From NCBI GenBank assembly GCA_003193925.1, contig PSPG01000003.1:1-64000 (forward strand): a DNA stretch of 64,000 nt, in the 5' to 3' direction. A model generated the notes under the pieces. That model did no database searches. It saw only the letters and a list, made by a program, of their open reading frames with translations, and was not told the DNA's origin. The position numbers and the translations under genes were made by a program. This stretch comes from Candidatus Thalassarchaeum betae. Its GTDB lineage: Archaea > Thermoplasmatota > Poseidoniia > Poseidoniales > Thalassarchaeaceae. Shown here piece after piece: positions 55,687 through 64,000 of the stretch (positions are counted from its first letter, which is position 1; each line of letters starts with the position of its first letter).

Positions 55687-56556
55687 TTGCGCAACCACAA
55701 AGGCACACTACCTGCTCTCAGGGACGTGACTCGCGCTGTCCTGACATGGGTGCTAGAGAGGCTCGAGGGCGGCGAGCGCGTCGCCATGGCCTCGGTAATC
55801 GAGGCCAGCGGCAGTGTGCCGGGCAAGCCTGGAGCGAGGCTCGCGATGACATCAGGGGGGGCAAAGTTCGGCACCGTCGGTGGAGCCGGGCTCGAGTTGA
55901 AGGTCGAGAACGCTCTGAAAGAGTTGCTCAACGGGAGCCGGGAGCCTGCCCGCAGCAAGGGGGGGAAGGTGGAGACCTTCCTGCTCTACAAGGATGCGAA
56001 GGGAGAAGAAGTGACGTCCCTTGACAGCCTATGCGGCGGCCGCGTTACCGTCGCCATGGAGGTCATCGAGCCCATGCCGCACATACTCATCGCAGGTGGC
56101 GGGCACGTCGGCCGCTCGGTCGCTATCGTATGCGACACGCTCGGCTGGTCGCACAGCGTTTTCGACGTTCGCCCCGAGTACGCCGACTCTGAGCGCTACC
56201 CCTTCGCAACCGAGTTGCACGCCAAGGCGGTCTCGGAGTTCCTGGACTCTGAGGACGCCGTCTCCCTGAGCAGATTCTCCGACGTTCTGCTGCTGGGCCA
56301 CGACTGGGTCGTAGACCAGCAGATGCTGCTGGGGATGCTGAGCGAGTTCGACGGGGGCTCGCGGCCGAGGATTGGCGTCATCGGCTCGACCGTGAAGTGG
56401 AACGCTTTCCGTGAGGCCGCCGTCGAAGAGGGCATCTCACAGGCCGCAGTCGACTCGGTGAGATGCCCCATCGGACTCGACATCGGCGCGGACTCGCCGG
56501 AGGAGATCGCCGTAGCGGTCTGCGCCGAGATCATGGCTCTGGAGAAGCGGGATTAG
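55687..56556 (+). CDS. XdhC/CoxI family molybdoenzyme maturation protein
   Basis: GSVPGKPGA, GTVGG, CGG, GGGHV, PIGLDIGADSPEEIA; the start may be 55726. Confidence 0.9.
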   Translation: MRNHKGTLPALRDVTRAVLTWVLERLEGGERVAMASVIEASGSVPGKPGARLAMTSGGAKFGTVGGAGLELKVENALKELLNGSREPARSKGGKVETFLLYKDAKGEEVTSLDSLCGGRVTVAMEVIEPMPHILIAGGGHVGRSVAIVCDTLGWSHSVFDVRPEYADSERYPFATELHAKAVSEFLDSEDAVSLSRFSDVLLLGHDWVVDQQMLLGMLSEFDGGSRPRIGVIGSTVKWNAFREAAVEEGISQAAVDSVRCPIGLDIGADSPEEIAVAVCAEIMALEKRD

Positions 56557-56559
56557 AAA

Positions 56560-56958
56560 TCACTCGACGAGTTCCGTCTCGTCCTCATCCGCTGCTCCCC
56601 TAGGTTCTATTTCGACGATATGGACATCCTGGCTCTCGGTGACATGAACTATTTCGGGTTGCCTTTCCAGACTTGGGATGAAAGTGGCTATTGACACCCA
56701 TATCAACACTATAATCAGAATAACAGTTAACGAATTCTGAACAGCATTTGTCAAGTCTTCCTGTTCAAAGGATGCTATCCATGCCCATACGAAACCAGTT
56801 GCGAATGCTATTGTTAGCAATATTGAGCCTACAATCGCTAGGCCCACTCTGACAGGCATCTTCCCGAAAGCGCCGAAAACAAGATTGATGATTTTTGAAA
56901 TGTTACTAGTAGTGAACCTGAAAACGCTTGAGAATAGTTTCCTGCCTATGAATCCCAC
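56560..56958 (-). CDS. AT-rich 2-TM hypothetical membrane protein
   Basis: 132-aa ORF with two hydrophobic helices and an acidic tail; visibly AT-richer than its neighbours. Confidence 0.6.
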   Translation of the reverse strand: MGFIGRKLFSSVFRFTTSNISKIINLVFGAFGKMPVRVGLAIVGSILLTIAFATGFVWAWIASFEQEDLTNAVQNSLTVILIIVLIWVSIATFIPSLERQPEIVHVTESQDVHIVEIEPRGAADEDETELVE

Positions 56959-57062
56959 TGTATCACCCTCGGATATGTTACGGTGAGTTCCTACATGAAT
57001 ATGCCTGCAATTGCACTACAAATCCGACGAAGGCTGAAATCTCCCCAACGCCGCGGGAGAGC

Positions 57063-58283
57063 GTGCGCAACCTTGCCCTGATGCTCGCGCTTCTGGTTAT
57101 CACGGCTCCGCTCAGCGGCTGCCTGTTCTGGGGGGACGACGAGGAACCCGAGGTACAGCCCGAGGAGGAGGTCGGTTTCGGTGCCTTCAGCGTGGTCGCC
57201 CCCATCGACACCGGAATCAACGTCTACCATAACCACTTCCGGATGAACGAGTCCTACCCGCAGTGGCTCCTCGACGGCTTCGGTGTGACCAAGGTCTGCG
57301 ATGTGACGTTGAATGGGACCTGGCAGGAGAGGTACGAGGCCGACAAGACCACCTGCTGGGACAACATAACCTCACAGGACGTCGTCTGGTTCCGCGGCAC
57401 CCGCATCATCGGCACCACTCCCGACGACAACACTGACATTCCGATCCTCGACGATCCGCAGGACGGGCACGGCACCGCCGTCACCGGAGCCGTACTCAAC
57501 GCCAATCCGGATGCTGTCATTTTCTTCGTCGAGGGTTTCAGTGACGCTGCCGTGCTCGCAGCGGCCAACCAGCCCCTAGTGGATCTTATCACCACGAGTT
57601 TCGGCCCAATCCTCTCTGTTCCAGTGCCTGGCATCGAGGACGCCACAAAGTTCGCTGTGGTGCAGAAGAAAAAGCTCCACACGGGGGCGGCCGACAACTC
57701 GCCCTCGCCGGCAGTCCAGGACTCGACGGCTGGCCCACCGTGGAGCATCGGCGTCTCGGGTTACGCCGAGGAGGGCGATGACCAGAAGGAGACGATGAGC
57801 GGCTCCTACCCCGACGTCGCCGCGGACTGGACGCAGGTTCTGCCCAACCATGACGACATCGACGGCTACCACGAGACCTCGGGCACCTCTTTCGCCACCC
57901 CTAGGACAGCAGGCCTGCTGTCGAAGGTCCTGATGCGGCTCCGAGCGGAGTTCGGGGACGCGTCTTCGGGAGCCGATCCTGACACACGCGACGGGCTGAT
58001 GGTGAACGGGACGAACTTCACCCTGACCAACGACGACCTGCGCGACACCCTGAACCTCTCGGGATGGTATCCCTCGTTCAACACCTGGGACCCGCTCTCT
58101 GGCACCACTCCGATCTCGCCCATAGCGCCTTGCACGCAAGTAGGCTGGGGTGTGGTGAACGAGAGCAACGTCCTGCCCATAATCGGGCACTTGAACGGCA
58201 CTTCGACGATGGCTAACAGGCCCAGTGACGTGGTCATGTGCATGGAGGCCAATCAGGCTATTCGTGAGGCCTACTGGGAATAA
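57063..58283 (+). CDS. Lipid-anchored S8 subtilisin-like serine peptidase
   Basis: PLSGC lipobox; IDTG, GHGT and SGTSFATP. Confidence 0.8.
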   Translation: MRNLALMLALLVITAPLSGCLFWGDDEEPEVQPEEEVGFGAFSVVAPIDTGINVYHNHFRMNESYPQWLLDGFGVTKVCDVTLNGTWQERYEADKTTCWDNITSQDVVWFRGTRIIGTTPDDNTDIPILDDPQDGHGTAVTGAVLNANPDAVIFFVEGFSDAAVLAAANQPLVDLITTSFGPILSVPVPGIEDATKFAVVQKKKLHTGAADNSPSPAVQDSTAGPPWSIGVSGYAEEGDDQKETMSGSYPDVAADWTQVLPNHDDIDGYHETSGTSFATPRTAGLLSKVLMRLRAEFGDASSGADPDTRDGLMVNGTNFTLTNDDLRDTLNLSGWYPSFNTWDPLSGTTPISPIAPCTQVGWGVVNESNVLPIIGHLNGTSTMANRPSDVVMCMEANQAIREAYWE

Positions 58284-58375
58284 CAGCGACCGCTGAATAC
58301 AATATCCGACTTGGATTGACCCCACAGGGGTCAAACCGAATGCTCAAAGGATGACACTGCTGGTGTGGCCACTGC

Positions 58376-58948
58376 ATGGTTCAGTTCCGACTCCCAATGC
58401 TCCCGGCACCGGACGAGGTTTCGTGGTCCCCCAGCGTGAACGGAGTCAAGCTCGCGCTGCACATCGAGAGCAATGCGATTCTGCTCGACGTCCTGCGTGA
58501 CCAGGCAGGCAGCCTGGGTACCAAGCGGGGCTGTGACATGGGAACCTGCGGGTGCTGCAGCGTACTCGTCGACGGGACTCCCAAACTGTCTTGCCTGATG
58601 CTGGCCCAGGAAGCCGACGGCTGTGAGATCACCACCATCGAAGGGCTCGCAGACGGACATCACCTACACCCCATCCAGCAAACCTTCACTGAGTACGGCG
58701 GAAGCCAGTGTGGCTTCTGCACACCCGGTTTCCTAGTGGTCATCTCAGCTCTGCTGGACGAGAACCCAATCCCGTCAGACGACGAGATCAAGACGGCTAT
58801 CGAGGGCAATCTGTGCAGATGCACCGGCTACCAGCAGATCGTCGACTCAGTGCGCGCTGCCTCTGACATCCTGGTCTCCGGCAGCGGCACGCCGAATGCG
58901 ACCGATGCGAAGAGCGATCCGGATCCGAGCTACGGCGGAGAGGCGTAG
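58376..58948 (+). CDS. Molybdenum hydroxylase small [2Fe-2S] subunit (HcrC/CoxS-like)
   Basis: GCDMGTCGCC...SC, QCGFCTPG, NLCRCTGY. Confidence 0.93.
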   Translation: MVQFRLPMLPAPDEVSWSPSVNGVKLALHIESNAILLDVLRDQAGSLGTKRGCDMGTCGCCSVLVDGTPKLSCLMLAQEADGCEITTIEGLADGHHLHPIQQTFTEYGGSQCGFCTPGFLVVISALLDENPIPSDDEIKTAIEGNLCRCTGYQQIVDSVRAASDILVSGSGTPNATDAKSDPDPSYGGEA

Positions 58949-58958
58949 GTGATTCAAG

Positions 58959-61718
58959 ATGGTCGATGAAAAGGACAGAGTGGTCGGATACCGGCAGCAG
59001 GGTGGCAAGCTACTGTTCCCCAAGCCCGGTTCCGGAGGCAGTCGCGAGTACAGCGAACCGCGTGATGAGGACAGCATCGCCAAGAGCAGGGGAGCAGGGG
59101 GCCACAAGCACGATGAGTTGCTGACCGGTTCTGCAATCGGCAAGGCCACACCGCTGATCGACGGACGCTGGAAGGTCACAGGGCAGGCCCAGTACGGGGA
59201 CGACGTTCGCCTGCCAGGCGAGCTCGTCGGCAGGATAGTCCGCTCCAAGCATCACTACGCCAGAGTCCTGTCCATCGACGCGACAGCAGCGCTGGAGCTG
59301 CCTGGCGTTCTCGCAATCGCAACAGGAGCGGATGCCAGCGGCTCCTTCGGCGTACTGCCCGTCACCAAGGACGAGCACGCCATGGCGCGGGACAAGGTAC
59401 GCCACATCGGTGACCTGGTTGCCTGTGTAGCTGCTGTCGACGAGGCGACCGCGAGGGAGGCGGTCCGTCTGATTGAGGTCGAGTACGAGGAGTTGGACGC
59501 GGTCCACGACATGCGAAAGGGGCTGGACGACGCAGACGAGCCTATTCATGACAGAGGCAAGTACCACATCGGTTCGTCGAACATCCAGAAGAGGGTGTTT
59601 CAGGAGTTCGGCGACATCGCCGGTATGACGGAGAACGCCGTCGCCAGCCACAAGTCGGACTGGCTGTTCGCCGGCGCCAACCATGGATTCACCGAGCCGC
59701 ACGCGGTCGTCGCCCACTGGGAGCCGTCGGGCCGACTGACCATGTACACCCCCCAGCAGGTCCCGCACTACGTCCACCGGGCGCTGGCCGAGGTGCTTGA
59801 GATTCCCATGCACCAGATTAACGTCTACCGCACCTTCGTCGGCGGAGGGTTCGGCGGCAAGTCCGACCCGTTCCCGCACGAGATGTGCGCCGCAATCCTG
59901 GCGCGCAAGACCGGGCGGCCGGTGCGAATAAACTTCGACCGCGAGGAGGTCTTCTTGGTCAATCGCGGTCGGCACCCCTCTAGGATAGAGATGAACCTGC
60001 ACGCCGACTCCGAGGGCAGGCTGTGCGGCATCGAGACTGACGCCCTGATCGACGGTGGCGCCTTCGCATCGTTCGGCCACGTCACCACTTACTACAACGG
60101 CGTCCTGCACACCGCCCCCTACGAAATCGGCGCCTTCCACTACACCGGCGCGAGGGTATGGACGAACAAGCCAGCGAGCGGGGCCATGCGTGGCCACGGG
60201 GCGGTAAACTCGCGCTGCGCCGTGGAGGTGGGCCTGGACGATCTGGCCGGGCAGCTCGGAGTCGACCCGATCACATTCAGGCTCGCTAACCTACTGCCTC
60301 CGCACTCGGCCACGATCACCGGATTCAGGGTCACCAGCATCGGCATGCGAGAGTGCCTCGAGAGGGTCAGGGAGGCTTCGGGCTGGGACGAGAAGTTCCG
60401 CAAGTTGCCGGATGGCCACGGAATAGGCGTCGGCTGCGGCTTCTTCATCTCCGGTAGCGGTCTTCCGATCCACTGGGATCCCAACAAATTCCCCCACGCC
60501 ACCGTCCACCTCAAGGTCGACATGGACGGTGGCGTGACCGTCCACACCGGCGCGGCCGAGATAGGGCAGGGCTCCGACACCGTCATCGCCCAGTCGGTCG
60601 CAGAGGTCCTCGGCCTGCCGTTGGAGATGATCAGGATCAGGAGCATCGAGACTGACACCGCTCCGGTGGACCTAGGCTCTTACTCGTCGCGTGTCACTTT
60701 CATGAACGCGAACGCCGCCATCACTGCAGCAATGGACATTCGGCAGAAACTGCTGGACGCGGCTGCCGAGGTCACCGGCGCGCCGGTCGAGAAACTGGTC
60801 ATCGGTGACCGGCGCATATTCCGCAAGGACAACCCCGCTGTCGGGGTCTCCTACCTCGAGGCGCTGCACAAGGCGCTGGAGGACACCGGGGCTCTGGTTT
60901 CATCCGGGGCATACCGCACCCCGCCGATGGGGCGCGTTCACAAGGGGGCGGGTGCGGGAATCGCCCCGGCCTACTCATTCTCGGCCTACATCGCCGAGGT
61001 CAAGGTCGACATCGAGACCGGACAGACCGAGGTGCTCAAGGTATGGGCTGCCCATGACTGCGGCAAAGCCCTCAATCCACTGGCGGTGAAAGGGCAGATG
61101 ATCGGTTCGTGCCACATGGGGCTGGGGCAGGTGCTCAGCGAGGAGATGCGCTACAGCAGGAACGGGCATCTGCTGAACCCGGACCTGCTCGATTACAAGA
61201 TCCCAACAGTCCACGAGATGCCGGAGATCGTGCCCATCATCGTCGAGTCGAACGACTCTGAAGGCCCCTTTGGGGCCAAGGAGGCTGGAGAGGGGCCGTT
61301 GCTGCCAATCCTCCCTGCGGTCTGCAACGCGGTCTACGACGCAGTCGGCATCCGCACAAGTGAGTTGCCGATAACCCCCGACCGGATGCACAGGATGATC
61401 GAGGCGAGATGCAAAGACGAGGGTGCCTCCAGCCCCCTAGATCTGGCTTCACCCAGGCTGCAGCACTCGGACCTCGAAGGCGTGCTGGAGGCTCGTGCTG
61501 CCGAGCACGCCGAGCGAGACCGCTCCCGTAACACCGACCCCGACCCACCCGATTACAACAACGGGGCCCTGTTCGGGTTCGACCCGGAAATCCCACCCGA
61601 CGAGCAGGACGAGCGCTGGGTCGTCAGCGTGACGCCTGGCGACGAGTACGTCGACAGCCCACGTCTGGCCGGCAGCGCGTGGAAGCACACCGAGCGACGA
61701 CACGGGGGTGGTGCCTGA
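58959..61718 (+). CDS. Xanthine dehydrogenase-family molybdopterin subunit, 4-hydroxybenzoyl-CoA reductase alpha (HcrA)-like
   Basis: KVTGQAQY, GGGFGGK, GAMRGHG, PHATV, GSYSSRVTFM, GPFGAKEAGE. Confidence 0.88.
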   Translation: MVDEKDRVVGYRQQGGKLLFPKPGSGGSREYSEPRDEDSIAKSRGAGGHKHDELLTGSAIGKATPLIDGRWKVTGQAQYGDDVRLPGELVGRIVRSKHHYARVLSIDATAALELPGVLAIATGADASGSFGVLPVTKDEHAMARDKVRHIGDLVACVAAVDEATAREAVRLIEVEYEELDAVHDMRKGLDDADEPIHDRGKYHIGSSNIQKRVFQEFGDIAGMTENAVASHKSDWLFAGANHGFTEPHAVVAHWEPSGRLTMYTPQQVPHYVHRALAEVLEIPMHQINVYRTFVGGGFGGKSDPFPHEMCAAILARKTGRPVRINFDREEVFLVNRGRHPSRIEMNLHADSEGRLCGIETDALIDGGAFASFGHVTTYYNGVLHTAPYEIGAFHYTGARVWTNKPASGAMRGHGAVNSRCAVEVGLDDLAGQLGVDPITFRLANLLPPHSATITGFRVTSIGMRECLERVREASGWDEKFRKLPDGHGIGVGCGFFISGSGLPIHWDPNKFPHATVHLKVDMDGGVTVHTGAAEIGQGSDTVIAQSVAEVLGLPLEMIRIRSIETDTAPVDLGSYSSRVTFMNANAAITAAMDIRQKLLDAAAEVTGAPVEKLVIGDRRIFRKDNPAVGVSYLEALHKALEDTGALVSSGAYRTPPMGRVHKGAGAGIAPAYSFSAYIAEVKVDIETGQTEVLKVWAAHDCGKALNPLAVKGQMIGSCHMGLGQVLSEEMRYSRNGHLLNPDLLDYKIPTVHEMPEIVPIIVESNDSEGPFGAKEAGEGPLLPILPAVCNAVYDAVGIRTSELPITPDRMHRMIEARCKDEGASSPLDLASPRLQHSDLEGVLEARAAEHAERDRSRNTDPDPPDYNNGALFGFDPEIPPDEQDERWVVSVTPGDEYVDSPRLAGSAWKHTERRHGGGA

Positions 61719-62701
61719 TGCGCATGCCGCCGTTCACGCTGCACACTCCCGACTCTCTCGACGAGGCGCTGTCCATCGCAGGCGGGCTCGCCGACTCCGC
61801 CGAGGAGTTCGACTGGGTCGCAGGCGGCACCGACCTGCTGCCCAACTACAAGTGGCACCTGAACGTCAAGCCGCACGTCATCTCCCTAGCCAGAGTCTCG
61901 GAGCTCTCGGAACTCTCGTACACTCACATCGGAGCCATGGTCCGACTGCAGGACCTCGCCGAGTCCGACGCCGTCCACCCGCTGATCGCCAGGGTGTCGA
62001 GCATGATTGCGAGCGTGATGATACGGCGCTCCGGAACCGTCGGAGGCAACATCTGCCTGGATACGCGGTGCTTCTGGTTCAACCAGTCGGAGGAATGGCG
62101 CGAGTCCATCGAGTGGTGCTACAAGTGCGACTGCGGGAGCGGTGCCGACTGCAGGGTCATACCGAACCAGAACACGCTCTGCGTCGCCACCTACCAAGCA
62201 GACCTCGCACCGGTGCTGATGTGCCTGGGCGCGACCATCCACCTAGCCACCCCCTCGGGCAAGCGGTCGGTGCCGCTGACCGAGTTCTTTGAACTCGACG
62301 GGATCACGCGCAACGTCCTAGAGCCCGGCGAGCTGGTGACCCACCTCACCCTGCCCGAGGACATCTCGGAATGGCAGGGGGACTACCAGAGACTTCGACA
62401 GAGGCAGTCGTGGGACTTCCCGGAGGCTGGCGTCGCGGTGCTTTGGAAATCTGGCTCCAACGGAGCCCCCTCTGACCTCCGGGTCGCTACCACCGGCCTC
62501 GAGGCGATTCCGGGTTACCACTCGGAGGAGGCCGCCGCCGCCCTCGAGGGCTGGAGCGGCGTGGACAGCATCGACGAGCTGGCCGAGGCGGTCAGGAAAG
62601 CGGTCAGGCCGGTGCTAAACACCTGGTACCCTCCGTCGTACAGACGCAAGATGGTCAGAATTTTAACGAAGCGAGCGAGCAGCGGTCTCTTGGAAGTCTA
62701 G
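61718..62701 (+). CDS. FAD-binding subunit with a [4Fe-4S] insertion, HcrB-like
   Basis: AGGTDLLP and TVGGNIC, followed by the DTRC..NQSE.WR...C.K...C...C.ATY insertion. Confidence 0.88.
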   Translation: MRMPPFTLHTPDSLDEALSIAGGLADSAEEFDWVAGGTDLLPNYKWHLNVKPHVISLARVSELSELSYTHIGAMVRLQDLAESDAVHPLIARVSSMIASVMIRRSGTVGGNICLDTRCFWFNQSEEWRESIEWCYKCDCGSGADCRVIPNQNTLCVATYQADLAPVLMCLGATIHLATPSGKRSVPLTEFFELDGITRNVLEPGELVTHLTLPEDISEWQGDYQRLRQRQSWDFPEAGVAVLWKSGSNGAPSDLRVATTGLEAIPGYHSEEAAAALEGWSGVDSIDELAEAVRKAVRPVLNTWYPPSYRRKMVRILTKRASSGLLEV

Positions 62702-62702
62702 C

Positions 62703-63632
62703 ATGAAATCGAGACTGTGCATCGGCCTCGCCCTCCTGCTCCTGGCCTCCGCGACGCCAGTGCAGGGCCAGTTGGGAGCCTGGGACCTCGGGATCGAGTA
62801 CCCCGGCGACAACGAGGACATGCCCTTCAACGTCGACAAGGACGGAAGGTCCACGATCCAGTTCTTCGTGAACAACGATGAGTTTCAGGACATCGAGGTC
62901 GAGTTCGAATACGACATTCCGTTCGCCGGCGAGGCGGATGGCCCCGAGTCAGAGACCATCAGCGGTGGCTCGAACGAGACCTTCACCCTCTCGGTCTCGG
63001 GAATAGACGTCTGGAACTACGCGGCAGACTCCAAGGGGGAGTTCACGATCACCGCTAACCTGGTCTCCAGAGCCGGTCTGCCCATCGGCCTGCCTGGAGA
63101 GAGCGAGGAAGCCAGCGGTTGGCTGAAGATCCCGAGAATCTACTCGATGGAGCTCGATGTCGCCGACCCTGTCGGCCCTATGAACGCGGGCTCGGACGTC
63201 ATCCTCCGAGTTACTGTGACCAACACGGGCAACGTGCAGGACAAGGTCGGTGAGGTGGAGGTCGCAGACAACTGTCCCCTGCTGACCACCGACAACGGGC
63301 TCGACGTCCTGATGACCAGGGACATCAACGCGGGTCAGACGACCGAGGCTGATCTCAGAGCCACCGCATCAGAGAGCCATCCCCGGAGGAACTGCAAGAT
63401 CGAGGTCACCGTCTCATCCAACGGAGCGATGAACTCGGGCGGCTCGGTGCTCGCCGGCGCGGAGACCACGGTCACCGTCGAGCCACCTCTCGAAGAACCC
63501 GATGATAGCGGAGATTCCGATGATCCGGACGACCCTGTCGAGGTGATCAGCTCGAGTCTTCCGGCACCGGGTGTAGCATCGGTATTCTGTGCTCTGGCAA
63601 TGGCATTAATCGCAAGCAATCGGAGGCGTTGA
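62703..63632 (+). CDS. Secreted Ig-like surface protein with a C-terminal sorting signal (PGF-CTERM-like)
   Basis: Signal peptide, VTNTGNVQD, acidic linker, then LPAPG, a hydrophobic helix and RRR. Confidence 0.72.
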   Translation: MKSRLCIGLALLLLASATPVQGQLGAWDLGIEYPGDNEDMPFNVDKDGRSTIQFFVNNDEFQDIEVEFEYDIPFAGEADGPESETISGGSNETFTLSVSGIDVWNYAADSKGEFTITANLVSRAGLPIGLPGESEEASGWLKIPRIYSMELDVADPVGPMNAGSDVILRVTVTNTGNVQDKVGEVEVADNCPLLTTDNGLDVLMTRDINAGQTTEADLRATASESHPRRNCKIEVTVSSNGAMNSGGSVLAGAETTVTVEPPLEEPDDSGDSDDPDDPVEVISSSLPAPGVASVFCALAMALIASNRRR

Positions 63633-63812
63633 AAATCAACGTCTGCGACGCTGATAAGGCGGTGCTGAGAAGGTGCATAAAGAACACCGAACATGCTGAA
63701 ATCGGCTCGTGCGCGCGAACTACGCTCAGCAACATATAACTGTCAAATGACGGTCGCGCGAGCACCGTAGGTGCTACCATGGTATTCAATTAGGTAAAAG
63801 GTAGGAATTATA

Positions 63813-64000
63813 ATGGCTGACGAGGGTAAGGAAGAAGTCCAGTTCACCACCTACGTGGTGGGCTCCATCGCAATTACAATCGTACTCCTCCTGCTGCTCC
63901 CGATGCTGTTCGTGATGGGCAAGTCCACCGCCTATTCGGCATACGAGGACCAAGAACTCTTCCAGCTCTCTGATATGCGCGACTCGCTCGCAGATCCTGA
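63813..64000 (+). CDS. Membrane-anchored hypothetical protein, 3'-truncated by the window edge
   Basis: MADEGKEEVQFTTYVVGSIAITIVLLLLLPMLFVMGK...; open to the window end. Confidence 0.6.
   Translation, partial: MADEGKEEVQFTTYVVGSIAITIVLLLLLPMLFVMGKSTAYSAYEDQELFQLSDMRDSLADP

Noticed and set aside
58959-61718. Aerobic CO dehydrogenase (coxL)
   Set aside because: Lacks AYxCSFR (form I) and AYRGAGR (form II); it has AMRGHG and an HcrB-like partner.

Overview
This high-GC archaeal window is best explained as Marine Group II Euryarchaeota (Ca. Poseidoniales/Thermoplasmatota). The support is an archaeal TBP, archaeal-type RibB/RibL, mevalonate kinase, a SepF-like gene, TATA-like boxes about 25-30 nt upstream of leaderless starts, and many secreted or lipid-anchored proteins; the taxonomy is inferred from gene content, not from a search. 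Most of the window (about 8.6-64 kb) is housekeeping or metabolic: nadE, ileS, cysS, mvk, tbp, nth, PolX-PHP, hppA, the riboflavin operon, trxB, moeB, a 2-oxoacid dehydrogenase E1 fusion, an acyl-CoA dehydrogenase, and an HcrCAB-like molybdenum hydroxylase with XdhC and MocA. The segment at about 3.1-8.6 kb is an accessory island of orphan micro-ORFs, a MORN-repeat gene and a bacterial-looking tauE-dcyD pair. Its most striking unexplained structure is three copies of a 30-bp dyad site (12-bp arm, 6-bp spacer, 12-bp arm) at 5758, 6170 and 8376 (inverted). These sites delimit foreign-looking DNA segments in the way tyrosine-recombinase (dif/pdif/lox-like) cassette sites do, and one segment also encodes a small membrane protein with nine consecutive Cys. 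Other notable items are a secreted subtilase fused in frame to an AmpG-like MFS permease, a TBP with a ~58-aa insertion, a PolX whose third catalytic Asp appears to be Gln, and an E1 alpha/beta fusion with an N-terminal Zn-ribbon extension. No rRNA, tRNA, CRISPR array, transposase or integrase was recognised. Several starts were moved downstream of the ORF-track starts; this is noted in the evidence where it matters.
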